NCBI GenBank assembly: GCA_017654855.1
Contig: CM030337.1
Span: 2,976,001-3,040,000 of the forward strand
Direction: 5' to 3'
DNA: 64,000 nt
Source of the DNA: Podospora anserina
Taxonomy: Eukaryota
Below are positions 25,617-38,543 of the stretch, in pieces. Below the pieces are notes generated by a model that was given only the letters and a program-made list of their open reading frames with translations, was not told the DNA's origin and did not search any database. Position 1 is the first letter of the stretch, and every line of letters begins with the position of its first letter. A program made the position numbers and the translations under genes.

Positions 25617-28600
25617 TTACCCGGTCACGGAAGAACCTCCGCCAATGCTACGTCCATTGTTGATCGACAACTCCGTCCCCCCTCCCCGCCCCATCTTTGC
25701 CGTCACAACTAGAACCTTTGCAGTGTCCTCCCCAGGATCCAGCTCGATCAAAAACTGGCTGTGCGTGATCACGATGATCCAACCCACCATCCGAGTCTGC
25801 GACATGACGCCGCACCACCTGACGACCGCTGCCTGGCCTGCCTTGTCTAGGTTGTCAAAGACTTCATCAACAAGCAGATAGTGTGCCCGATGCGCACTTC
25901 TAGCCCTGGCCAACTGCAACAATGCAAAGAAGAGTGCCAGATCGACGCGTTTACGCTCGCCACTGGAGCGCTTGGCGTAGGCGAGAGAGGATGGGAGGGC
26001 GAGTTTTTGGTCAAGAATGGACCCCGGGGAGGATGCGCTGTCGCCCGACTCAGCAGAGTCACATAACGAGCCGAGCATACCTGTTGCCAGGTGCGCGTGG
26101 CGTGTGTCATCGTACAGCACGGTAAGGACCTGCGCGAGCAGAGTGTTGAGCTCCGAGAGCAGCGCGATGAGGATATGCTCCCGAAAATTGGCCCTGATTT
26201 TCGCTGTGGGTTTTGATGAGGAGGGGGACGATGAGAGCCGGGCTGTACGCTTGGTCAAGGCGGCAGACCAAAAGGCGAATAGCTCGCGCTTGGTGGCAAG
26301 CTCCTGGAGCTTGTTTGTCAGGGCCTCATGCTCCGAGCGTAAGGAATCTAAGGATGAGGCCTCTGCTTCGGCCAGATGCTTGTAGGTAGAAGCATTACGG
26401 TGGTGTATCGTCAGCTGTTGTCTCAAGGCATCGCACGCCTCCTGGGCTTGAACAACACCCGTCAGCAGTTCACCCATGTTCCTGGCATGGTTGGCAGCGA
26501 TATTTTTCTCATGCTTCAGACTGCGTAACCGCAACCTTTTCTCATTGATAGCTTGAAGAAGACTTTTGAGAGCTGCCTCTTGATCATGGTTCTGTGTAGT
26601 TGTTTTCTCAGCGTCGTGGATTGGTGCACTCTGCGCGTCTTGATTGAGTGAACCTCTTGGAGCGATATTGTGATTAGTTGGCCTTCGGAGTAGGCTCATG
26701 ACTGTAACGATAGCTGTGGATAGCCAAGAGACAACAGAAGTCCTCATTCCATGAAAAGAGTTGGGTAGGCCACTGGGCTGGCCCGCAGCGAGGGCTTTCA
26801 GTTTCTCATCAAGCATTTCCAACCACAAGGCGAGCCATTCCATTCGACGGGAATATACGCATTCTTGAGCATCTTTTGCTTCCTGGCTTTGCTTGTATTT
26901 CAAGACCCTTTCATGTTGCACCTGGACCTCGTCCTTCATCCTGGCATAAGACTCGTTTAGCTGCTGCAAAGCCTCCTCCTCCATGCGAATTTGGGTCTGC
27001 AATCCAGACATATGAGCATGAAAGCCCACATTGAGCTCCAGGGCCAGATCCTTTTTCTCTAACCCCAAGATTTGGCGGCTGGAATCTGCAATACTTTGTG
27101 AGGTTTCATATCTGAATCGGGTTTGGTGTTCCTTCAAAAGTCGTTCCTTGGCTGCATGGTCTTGTACGGCCCTCTCCAAAGCTGAAGCTTCCTTTCTTGC
27201 TTCCGCTTCAAGTCGTGTATGCGTGCGAGTGAGGTCTTGAAGCCGTCTTTCGGTGTACTCCACCGTCCGAGTCACACCTTCGAGTCCTTTCTCGGCCTCC
27301 TTGATGTCGGTACCGATATCTCGCAGCAGCAGTTTCAGCACCTCCTCACACTGATCCAAAGTAAACAGCCCAAGTGCCGTCTCTATCACGTTCCACCGCT
27401 GCGTTGGCGTGGAGGACAAGAAGCTCGCTGCGCTCTCTTCGCTCAGCACAACAGTTCTGATGTATGTTTCGTAGTTAGTTCCGAGCAGTTCGTTGATTGC
27501 TGATTGTGTCGTGCGCATATCTGGGTGCTCAAACTGCGGAAGGGGGTTTCCATGTGAGGAGATGACAACACGGTTGCCCTGGACTTTGTGTTTGCGATAC
27601 CGAGTGATGGCATATCCGTTGTTAAACTCCAGCTTGACACAGCAGTCTTTACCGACGTTATCATTCACGACATCGTTGACCCCGAGCCCGCCACGAATAC
27701 ATCGACCGAATTGACACCAAACCATAGCTTCCATTATTGTACTTTTCCCTGAACCATTATCGCCGATCAGAAAGGTCAATCCCGGTGTGAGATCTTGTTG
27801 GAAGTCGATATGAATTGTGTCCTTTTACGCCAAGAAAGTTTGTAATCGTGAGGCTGCGAGGTTCCGCAACAAAGACGTTGGCAGATCGTACTGCTGGGTT
27901 GGGGGGCGTAATATTTGAGGAGATGGCTTGACACGACTTTTCTAGGAACTCTTTATAATCAAGCTTGGCCTCGCCATACTGGTCAGCCATCCCATAAGAG
28001 GTTTGAATCATTTGTTGGCCAACCTGGACCAAATCGTCTTGCCGCATGAGAAGCGGTTCCCCTAAATCCACAGACTTGACATACTCGTGAACTTCGGCTA
28101 TGAGGTCAAGAGCAATCTTCCTGGACTCAGGCTCAGTTTCAGGGATAGACTCTGAAACTCTCCCGGTGGTTGAGGCTTCATGAGCCTCATCCTGAGTGGG
28201 CTGTTCTAAAGGTTGTGCAGTAACATCGCTCGCTGGGACAGATGACCCCAGACCACCAGACGCCGGGCCGCTTGCGTGCAAGCTAAAGTGCGTAGGTATC
28301 CAATTTCGTACGCCGCGCACCCCTAGCGAGAGAAGCTTGTCTCGAGCGGTGGCGTACTTGAAAGGGGTGAGCTTGCCGAGGATCATGACATGCCTGTCCT
28401 TTACGGAACGTTCATCCACCTGGTCGTTGAGAATCTCCTCAAGGGCAACTGCTGTATAGCCTACGGCATGCGGGTTGGTGAGAAGTTTGTGCTCGAGCGT
28501 CTCCGGATCAAGCAGAACAACACCTCGCTCTTGATCGTAAAGGTCGGCCCAGTTCAGCTGCAAGGGCGAGCCGAGATATGTAATGCTCCCCCGAAGATCT

Positions 28601-29034
28601 GTCTTGTCACCGCTACTGGATTTCTGCTGGGTAATGGTCTGGTGGCTGTGAAAGTGGCCCGTAAATGTTCGAGCCAGAGAGGCAAACTGATCATGGCCAG
28701 TAAGGCCGCGGTAGGTGATCGAATTCGTCGCACGGGCGTCTTGCTGGTCGGCATTGACCACATACCGCTGAGTGATGGCTTTGTTGACTGCCAGATGGGC
28801 AAAGGCAACTGTTTCTTTCGCATCCTTAGGGCTGAGGGCAGCGACAGCCTTTGTCAGTTCGCTCTGCTCCTCGCGAAACGGCAACAACAACACGTGTCGA
28901 CCGTCCCATCTGGCGGGTGATGGCACTATGTACCGATAGGTACGGCGCCAGGCGTGTGATGTTGAGGGCATCAAGGGCTGTGGTCTCGTAATCGCGTCGA
29001 TAGGCCAGATCGTGGTTGCCAAGCACGATGTGTA
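25617..29034 (-). pseudogene. 3' part of an SbcD/Mre11-SbcC/Rad50 nuclease-ATPase fusion gene (frameshifted)
   Basis: GNHD, FAHL, FTGHFHSHQ and YLGSPLQLNWAD (metallophosphoesterase motifs III-V). Then ITNFLG, Walker A GDNGSGKST, long coiled coil, signature SSGERKR, Walker B LLVDEVFDNLD, ITHS. Frameshifts near 28920 and 27825. No introns. Confidence 0.88.
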
Positions 29035-29900
29035 ATGTTATGTCGAGGGAAATCTTTTGCCATTCCGGACTCGCTCAGGGGGTGTCGCAATAGCAAGAGG
29101 CACCCCACCCTCTTTGCTGTTCATGTTATTTACAGTTACACGCTGGTCGAAAATGGAAATCAGAAATAAAATCGGCGGCCAAAAGATACTTGGGGCTTCA
29201 GATCATGCAAATCGCGTCACGGGCTGAGCCCTGTGGTGGCCTCGGCAACCCGCGGCCGTGGTGGAACTACCGGGTAGCGCGTGGTCATACCGACAACCCC
29301 TAATGAAGCTATTCCCACTTCGCGGGTAGCGCGTGCGCTCCCAAACCCATCTAGGAGCCTCCAGAAGCGAAATCTGTCAAGACCCTTATCAAGCATTCCG
29401 ACTAGTGCGCAAATGAAGCCCGGCCCGATTTTTGGTGAGCGGCCGGTGATGGGGTTATTTGGGTCGTGATCGAGACCTGATGCTGGACCAGGTCTATGGA
29501 TGCTCATATGACGCAGCAATATGGAACCTACTAGGATCGGTGCCAATGTGTCGATACTACATATTACAACCGTCAACGGAGTTCATGGCTTAGCTAGCCC
29601 GCTAGATATGACGTGTGGCTACAACGCGCAAAGCTTGGTAGGGTCAATGGAACGTCGGTTAAGCACAAATCGGGCAACTGACTGGGGACGCATTGTCGAC
29701 TTGCTCCACACTAGAGGTGAATACGAGTGCCCAGTCCACCGATCATCATCGTTATCGCTTTGCACCTAGGTATTTGCACCGGTAGTTAAATGCTGCGGTT
29801 CTTCCTGCTTTATTTCTCTAGTAGTTTCACTTTCACTTGGACTGAACAACTTTCAAACCCCATATTCAATTCACGGCACTCCAGCCCGGTAATTGCCAAA

Positions 29901-30394
29901 ATGAAGCTCTCACTTCTTGCACTGGCCAGTGCTGCCTCCGCGGCCGTCATCACCACGCGCGATGTTGTTTTCGAAGCCCGCAACTTCACCGCCAGCTGCG
30001 TCCCTCACAGCGCCATGTGCTTGTAAGCATTCCGCCCCCCTCCCTATCCAACACGTTAATATTAACACGAGACAGCTACTCTCTAAATGCCTTCATGCCT
30101 GGAACCATGGACACCCTAGGCTATGACTGCACCGCCTCCGGTGTGGGCGGCCCGGGAATCCTCCCCGAGATTCAAGGCGGCACCTGCCCTCCCTCATCGC
30201 GTACTTTCGACGTCGTCCGAAACGAGACCGGCATGACCGTCATCGTCAGCGTTCAAGTATCTCTTCTTAGCTACACCAGGGGCGCGCATTTCATTCCCAA
30301 CGAGCAGATCCAGGTCATGAAGGGCGTTACTCCGACTGGGGATTACACGGCCTATGTTGGACCCAAGGACTTTCCGCTGGAGAGGATATGGTAG
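29901..30394 (+). CDS. Small secreted protein, Alt a 1/Hrip1 elicitor-like
   Basis: MKLSLLALASAASAA signal; FEARNFTASCVPHSAMC|YSL; C-terminal YVGPKDF. Intron ~30023-30075. Confidence 0.75.
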
Positions 30395-30633
30395 TAGTGC
30401 AGGGATGATGGACGTTCAATGCGGGGCATAGGCTTGCAGGATGTTCGTGTTCACTCATTTCTCGGAACGCATCAGAGGTTTTCTAAACCGCACTGCGGTT
30501 ATGTCTATTCCAATTCTAGCAGCATTAAGCCTCATAGCTACACCAAGTCAAAAGCATTACCCAACGCCATGCTGTTCCCCAACACCGTCCAATGCAAAGC
30601 CCCAACTCCTAGCTAAAGCACCAACAGCACCAC

Positions 30634-31041
30634 TTAAGCCTGCGTGGTAGCGCAATCACCACCTCCCAACCCACCACTGCAGAGACGGGTGCAGCCGATG
30701 CCGAGATCAGCGGTCTTGATGCACTCGTCGTTCTTGACGCGGGTGATGAGATCGCCCTTGCAGTTGGGACCCTCGCTGTCCTGGTAGGCGAACCAGACAT
30801 CGGAGAAGGAGTCGGTCCTGATGGACTTGATGTCGGAGGGGATGGGGGCATCACCGGTGGAGAAACCGTTGAAGACCTTCTTGTCGACTTCAGTACCGCT
30901 GTGAGAGATTTGTTAGGGGGGTTTCACCTGGTGATGGGGGTTAGGAACTTACCAGTTCTCATCGCTGAACATCTTGGTGGCAGCGCCGAAAGCAGTGCTG
31001 GCGCAGCCGGCAATGAGGAGGATGGTGGTGGCGGCACGCAT
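30634..31041 (-). CDS. Small secreted cysteine-rich protein (effector-like)
   Basis: MRAATTILLIAGCASTAFG signal. Intron ~30899-30952 (gtaagt..ctaac..cag) joins to GTEVDKKVF...NCKG..ECIK..GCTRLCSGGLGGGDCATTQA*. Six Cys in the mature part. Absent from the ORF track. Confidence 0.8.
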
Positions 31042-31875
31042 TTTGGATGGTTGATTAGAAGAGTTGGTAAAAGTGGTTTGTTGATGTGTTGTGAGTTTGC
31101 TGTGTTGTGTTGTGATTGTGTTGCTGTTGTTGTTGTTCTGATCTTCCGACTTTACGAAGAGGAACGGATCATTTTATGTCTTCCTGACGATAGTACAGTC
31201 CCATGTTCAGATCTGTGTTATCTTCATTCGGAACGGTTGACCGATTACAAGCCGTAGTATCTGGCTATAGCCATGGCTCTCCCAGGTCTCTGGACAGCTT
31301 CTGGGAGGCTAAGTGTTTCTCGGTTTCCTCAGGTCATGACCTGTGAACCCTGTGGCTGTAGCGCATTGTGCAGTTAAGAATCAGCAATGAAAGCGTCAAA
31401 ACAACCTCGAACTTGCATCATCTGTTCCGTCGGCCGTATAGGTCCAGGCTTGCCTGCTCGGCTAACCTGTCTGGTGCCAGCGGTAGACCTGAGGCCTGTA
31501 ACAGGTATGAGAGGATGCCTCTGGCGGCCATGATGATGTTTCACAGCCTATATTTGGAATTGTCCAATGCCAGACGATCTCGGACTTGATATCTCGCACT
31601 CAGAGTCGTCTGAAGCCATGAAGCAACCTGATTTGCCGCGGCCCGCAACGAATCCGACGACGCGGCCGAATTCGCGGCCGCCCATGCGGCCTTTGTCGAT
31701 CGTATATTGTAAATCGATTGAGAACATTATCAGCAACTCCTAGTGTTATCAGATGGGGATCGTTGAATGGTAGCCACCTAGTCAAACTCTCGACAAACCC
31801 CGTCTTCGACACCCAGATGTGTGGCCCGTGCGCACCCTCCCTTGCCAAGCCCCTGAGCTCTTGAGCTCTTGGGCT

Positions 31876-32242
31876 CAAGGCACCCATCAACGCAATTCAA
31901 TTCAATCCGGGGCCAAGATTGGATTGAATTGAGCACTGGAATACTTTGATTGAATTGAACTTGAATTGCGTTGAATACGATTGATCACGGTCTTGGCACC
32001 CTGGTAAGGCCCTCCCAGTGCTGCCCAGGACCCTGCCCGAGGGCCTCAGGGTTAGGGCTATATATAGCTTGTGACTAATAGCGTGGACTCACTACTACGG
32101 AAAGTGGATATATTAAGGCGCAGTTAATTCTAATTAACGCAATTCAATCTTTCAAAAATGACCTGTTGACCACTATTTTGGCCGGGTTGAATTGGGTTGA
32201 ATTGTGATTGCATTAACTAGAATTGCGTTGGTCGGCGCCTTG
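31876..32242. mobile_element. Non-autonomous hAT-type MITE (367 bp)
   Basis: TIRs CAAGGCACCCATCAACGCAATT and reverse complement CAAGGCGCCGACCAACGCAATT. Perfect 8-bp TSD CTTGGGCT at 31868-31875 and 32243-32250. Subterminal ttgaa/ttcaa repeats. Confidence 0.88.
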
Positions 32243-32612
32243 CTTGGGCTCGACAAAGTCGACACGGGTACTTAGTGCTCGATAAAAGTAATGATGGGTG
32301 GGATCGAAGTCGAATACGTTTTGACTCTTTCGCTAAACTTCTATGCCAGGAATTCCACCGGGGTTTCCAGTTCTATCAAGTACGTGGAATCCCCTTCCGC
32401 CACCATGAGCTTCGCTCGTACTATGTATATGTAGTACAGTGGTATCACCAGAGTGCTGGCACAGTTGCAGGCACCAGTCAGATCTGTTCTGAGATTGAGA
32501 CAGGCACACAGCTTGCGTTTCCGGTGTCGATGATGTGGACTTCTCAGGCTGCCTAAGATTCCCAAACCCCGCACGACTTCTCGTTCATTCTGTCAACGCC
32601 GTCGTCGACACA

Positions 32613-35310
32613 ATGGCTACCCCAGACGGGGACTTTGACGGCAATGGCTTTGCCAACAATCTCTTCACTGATCTGGCACCACTTCTTACATTGTTTGGAG
32701 AGCAAGTCACCAAGCAATTTCTCTCCATGAGTATTGGTTGGGCCGACAGCGTGATCCTGGCTATGGGTCCACTTGGTATTTTAACCATCATTGTCGGCGC
32801 TATCCAGGTCGCTGGTGATCAAGTACCGATTTTGCACGCGTTAATTGGAAGGTTGTATACCTAACCCGCCTGGCCGCCAAATGAGTTTCCGTGTCTTTTC
32901 TTTTAGTGGTTTGATAGGAGCGTTGCTAATTGCCGAGGTCTGATAGAGCTAGAGAAGACAGGGCCAGTGCCGAGGTAGAGCTCCTGTCGTCGACGTCCAC
33001 CGAAGTGTGCGAACTCTGGACGGGCAGTCGCATTGTGCGCATCCGTGGTCAACCTAAAATGTCCCTAACCTTTTTGAGGACAGACACAGGCGAAATATTT
33101 CCTATCACCAGTGAAGAGGACGACGAGATGTTCCAGAACCCGGATGATATTGGCTTTTATTCGCCACCTCTAGAGCCACCGCCGAATCTCAGCCTCAACG
33201 TCAGTAGTCCCCCTGTTTCACGAATACAGATCTAGAAGTGGGCTGCTGTGGGAACTGCACTCCAGACAGCATCTGTGGTTCTCAGCGGTCTCGCTACATA
33301 CAAATGGAATTGGTCACAGGATACGAATCGCTCCTCAGATTATGGCTATCCGTGTTACTTGGCAGGGACCATGATGTTGACTGTCGGGGTCGTGTTGTGT
33401 GGACATCTGGTGGACTCAGTCAGCGAAGAACAAAGCTGGCTTTGTCCACCAGAAATGCGACGAAACGTCCGCATCTTTCGACTGCAGTTCGAGGCTACTG
33501 TAAATGATCAGCATTTTGGGACTTATGCCATATTCAATCCCGAGGATAATCCTGACCTCCGTTCACCGTCCTACACAGGAACAAACGACTCAGCCAAGTA
33601 AGACTCAAGAGACTTTAAAACCCGGGCAGTTCTTGGCACGTCAGGACTGATGATATCGAGTTAGGGCCTTATTGATTATAGGGGTCTCTCTGGTCACCGT
33701 GGGCTTTGTGGTTCAGTTTGTGGGTCTAAGGGGGTTGCATTGGTCGGCCGCAATCATCCAACTTGCCGTAACATTACTTATGACTACTGTCAGAGCATAT
33801 ATCAGAAAAGACGTTGCCAAGGGACTTTCCTCCATTCACTTCGAACGGTTAGATGACTGCTGGACTTTCTTGATCTTAGGTGTCACCAGTCAGAGCGAGT
33901 CTGATGAACTCAATGACAGCCAGGTGCAACAGCTGTATGGTGAGCAATGGGGTGTAATTGCCGGCCTTGTCAACAAGGAGGATAGAAACTCTCAAACTCC
34001 ATCCTACCTCGTCAACCCTCGATACTATGGCCCCCTTCTCCGCAGTATAAATAATCCGCTCAGAGATAACAACACAATTTCGCCGGTTGCATATCAGCTT
34101 TCCAGCACTATTTTTAGGGCGGTCAAATACGATAATACAACGAGCCGCGGCACGATTGTTGATTTCCTATTAAATCTTTGGATGGGAGCTCCAGCCTTGC
34201 GAGCACCTGATACTCAACACAGGACATTTGCTGAAGGTTTGACAAAGGCTTTTTGGCTAATTATCGACTTGCTAAACATCGGGAGTCAACTGCCATTGAG
34301 CAATGTTAGATGGAAGTCAAAGTCCCCCTTGCACAACTTCTTGTTTGGTGCTCAAATTCAACTGTGGTGGATGTTTGACTGTCAATTGAACAGTCGCCCT
34401 CCCGTATCTAATGAAGATCACCAGTGCCACCCATCAAGGATTATATTTCCTTGGCGAAGGAGGCGAGGTTGGTACGGAGAGAGCGTAGGTATCGGAGATG
34501 TGTTTGAAGCCCTCTTGGTAGTTTCCACCTACGTCAGATGGGACATCCATCGTACGACAACAGACAAGCGCGTTATAAGCAGCTCTACAAGATACAGAAC
34601 TGCTAGAAACGCCAGTAGCCTGCCCGATTGGCTTGATCAGGCAACGTTTCAGGCATATCCAAACACCGACATAAACTGTACATCTGATGGCTACGCCAGG
34701 GAACCATCATGTTGGGGAATGTTTTTATCATCGTATGCGAGGTAAGCGCAACTGGCTGTTTGCAAAAGTATATGGTTTCGTACATCTGACTTTCATTACG
34801 ATATACAGCGATATTTCACAGTTACAAGACGACGACCTTCCAGAGGAAAGATCGGAAATTGAACGACGGCCGCTCCCCGGTATTCCCGCTGATGAGGTCA
34901 TGACCCTGGTCAAGATCCGGCGCGATTCTTTAGTGCATGCGTATGCTATGGAGCTGTTCTCCCTCTTCATCCTTGCCCTAGCGGGTCATATCAGGGAAGT
35001 CAAAGGGACAACAACCAGACTGATGCTCCATGGACAAACCACAGCAAGCAATCAAAATGGTGGAAACGGCCGGAGTGAGCCAGGGAAAGCCAATACGACA
35101 ACACCCAGACGGTTCGAGAATTCGTTATTTGAAGCATTAGCCAAAATCGCTGTGGACACCGGAATTTGCCCGACTCAAGAAGACGCCAGGCTGCTTGTCA
35201 TTCCCGCGTTTGCTTGGTATGGATTGCTTCCCGAGCCTGAAGACCCTTCCGCGATGAAGACCGATGGACAGTCAGTGGAAGATTTGCCGAACCCGCGGAC
35301 CGACGTATAG
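32613..35310 (+). pseudogene. Membrane protein of the family usually N-terminal to fungal ankyrin repeats; contains an in-frame stop
   Basis: FANNLFTDLAPLLTLFGEQVTKQFLS..GPLGILTIIV..IGR|ARE..AEVELLSSTSTEVCELW, and GFVVQFVGLRGLHWS. TAG at 33233-33235 (IQI*KWAAVG). Confidence 0.7.
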
Positions 35311-35650
35311 GAACAGGACAGCTGTGAGGGGGAAAGGGGATCGACCATGCGGTCGAATATGGAGCTCAACATGGAACCTATCCGGCAGGAAGGCCCGAAG
35401 CAGAATATTGGTGCGGCAGATCAAGTTGAAGAGGGCGACTCAGGGCAGAGGTCGGATGAAACCTCACCTACGTGAGTGAACCGGTCCGCCCTACGCAACA
35501 TACGAAAAATCGGAGCTAGAGGGGTTGGACATGAGTTGGATTTCGTCAGACTGTTGAGACCGGGCAAAGTAAACCACGAACTAAGATATGCCTAGCTATG
35601 AGTGCCTACTCCCAGGCTCGTTCAAACATGTTACCTACAACACTCGTGAC

Positions 35651-37968
35651 TTAAACATCCTCCAACTCCCAACTCTGCCAATCTTTCCACCACCACTTAC
35701 TCCCCTCGTCGACCCGCGGCCAGAGGTACCTAAAATGCAACGGCAATCCACCCTTCTCCTCGACCTTCAGCGGTTCGTTCTCCAAATATTCCTGCAAGAT
35801 TCTTTGCCGTCTTGACATCCCCCCCCTGATCTCCTTCACCTTCACAATGCCAGAACCATCACCGCTGCGTCCACCACCACCAAGACACCTGTCAACAACC
35901 CACTGCTTCTGAAGTGCGTGCATCAATGACGCCATCTCATCGTCTTCCCGGCCTACCGGATCCTCCCGGTAAGGCCAAGAATCATCACTGAAATGGCGCT
36001 GCTCTTTGACCTTACGGACAGTACGCACACTCAAATTGCAACCCCTAGTGCGCACTATCATTCTTTGCAGTTTTGGAGAGGAAGCCGCCACGCCATCAAA
36101 GATCTGCCTTGCCAACTTTCCATCAATCGCCGAGTTGACCATCACGTCCAGAATGTTTTGGTTGAAGGTGAAGCCTGGGTCTCCCTGCTTCAAGACCACC
36201 GAATCTTCAGACCATTCCCAGCGATGCTGATTCATCGTTCGCATGGTCGGAAGCAACTCCAGTAGATTAAAGTCGTGCCTCAAAATCGCGTCCTCTGTTG
36301 ATTGCACCTTTGACTGCTCCTTCTGCTTCTTGCGTGGTTCGATAAAGACTACGCTGTGGTAAACTTCATTGTCGCCATCAAACACTTGGAGTCCCACGTC
36401 GAGCGTGAGGGACAGTCGTTCGAGATTATGGAACTCAGTCCCGATGGCCTTGTACAATGGGACCTCGTGCCTGTCGCCTTTGGAGCGCCTGACTGGGATA
36501 GACAGCTTCTGGACGGATGGAAAGATAGCCCCGAGCGCGGCTAGTTCCTCTATGATTTCAATGGATCCCCCGAGGACATATAGACCTTCCTCGCCCTCCA
36601 GGCTAGGCTCAACATAGTCCTCATCCCATTCGACAAAGCGGAGGCTGTTGACAGTGTTGAGAGGGCAGGTCCCAGTTTAAAGGTTTGTTAGGGAAGTAGG
36701 ACGAAACAAGCATCCCGCAATGGTCAAATTCTCCAACTTAGCGAACAGTGTCGGGAAGTCTCCTAGACCTTCTAAAGACTCGCGCACAACAAGCCCGCCG
36801 ATAGCAAGTGTCGTTAAATAGGAGAATAGCCCCTTGCTCTTCACACAGCTGAATTCAGCCAGTGTAGTGTCGCGTGTCAGGGTCAAACTCTTCAGAGCGC
36901 CGAGGTCTAGAGGTAGCTTCATACTCATGACGTCAGGAATGAAGCAGTGGTCTAGCTCAAGGTGGTCGATGACTGGTGGCTTTGTCGTTGGCTTTCCGTT
37001 GTATAGTTGCTGTGGCAAAGGAGAGTTCGGGTCAGAATTCCAGTCTGGGGCACCGGGACAGGAGCGAATAAGGGGGGCGCGAAGGCGAATCTCTCTGATG
37101 TTGTGGGTGAATGTGAAATTCCTCAGCATTAGACAAAGCACTTCGTACTGGCGGCTGTGTGCCTCTCTCAATGCATTGGGATTCCCCAAAGAATTCACTT
37201 CAACTGTATCGTTGAGCTAACTGAGTGAAGGCATGGCGAGGTAATCAGAGCGTACTCGTGAGAGTCCAGTATCCTAGGGTTCCTGTCCAGCATCCGTAGC
37301 TTGAACGTGTGTAAATGGAGACGAACCGTGTGACTCTTTTCGTGAAGGGCTCGTAGCAAGCAAGGTGCAAACTGCATTGGGCATTGGTAAACCAAATCAC
37401 CGAGTCCTGATAGCTTAGAGATCAAATCAGCCAAAGGGTTGCCACGCCCAGTCTGCGTCGTAAATCACTCTCGCGAGATCTGTGCCGTAGTAATTCCATA
37501 GTTCTTCATCAGTGCCAGCGATCTCACCGCCAAAATCTGAATAATCCGGGATTCCGTGAAGCCTTGTATCATTCACCTCCCAATCCGCGGAGGAAAGGGC
37601 GATGGGTGCCAGGGACAATAGTCATCTTGTCTGTCGCCAGTGCTTTCTCCAGAGCTCAGTCGTTGAAAAAAGCCCTGATCTCTGCCCCCCAAGAAACTGT
37701 CAACAGGTCCGACAATGGCCACAGAGCGGACATGACGAAAAGCATCCCTGGCCTGAAGAAGACGGGTGCACTTCTTCACATGATTTGCCAACTCGCGCTG
37801 CGAGGTAACCTTGAATCTGAGGTGCCGAAACAGAACTGATTGCGCAGCTTGGTAGCAGTACTCACTACACAAGACAAATGAGAATACGGCTGATGGGTCG
37901 TCTTCGTGAAACATGTCGCAGACCTGAAACAACACCTCGCGAGGCAATGTGGAGAGCAAGGGGGACAT
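35651..37968 (-). pseudogene. F-box-like/LRR-like family, paralogue 1 (frameshifted)
   Basis: MSPLLSTLPREVLFQVC..RLHGIPDYSDF..CPMQFAPCLL..SPCL..RRSKGDRHEV.LY..NSAIDGKLARQIF..WKDWQSWEL. Split across five ORFs by frameshifts and stops. Confidence 0.8.
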
Positions 37969-38543
37969 CTCAGCTTGCGCGAGCGCTCACCAAGACATGT
38001 AAACGTGCTGGGGAACGGATTAGATTGCGAAATTTGAGCCGGTTGAGTTTTCCCAACAGAAAGGCTGAAGAAACTAAGTTGAACCGGTTCCCTCCATCAC
38101 CTGCGGTCCAAAAGTCGTTGAGCTGTTCTCGGGTCGGTCGCGATGTCGTCGAAAGTGGAGCTTGGGCACCGACGCACGGACAATGCATAAAATAATACAA
38201 TGCACAAATGCACAAATATTGAACTGTCAACAAAATTAGCGTGCTTCGAATTTCCGAGTTGTTGATCAAGTCGCGACAAAGACAATCAAGGTCAATTGTT
38301 TTGCAGTCAATCGGATTCATTCATAAAATTGGCACCAATTCCAAGATTCAGGTTAGTGGGTATCATCTCATGGGTAATTCGGGAGGGGGCGACAACAGTG
38401 GTTTATCTGATACCCCTTGTGGGCAAATTCAGCCCTCTACCAACCCCAAATATCTAACTAGAAGCAGCTATAAGTAATATTAGCATGAATACCACTCACC
38501 AATAAATATTCGAGCCTAATCTTTAGTTGCACTGCAAGAAAGC

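Noticed and set aside
27800..27840. Programmed frameshift between the nuclease and ATPase ORFs
   Set aside because: The shift falls inside the ATPase N-terminal strand (after ITNFLGV) at a short A-run, and the gene has another frameshift and an insertion. Decay or sequencing error is the simpler explanation.
29035..29200. Circular-intermediate model in which the left end supplies the ADH 5' half
   Set aside because: Sequence adjoining the left TACA has a stop in the ADH frame and no ADH-like residues.
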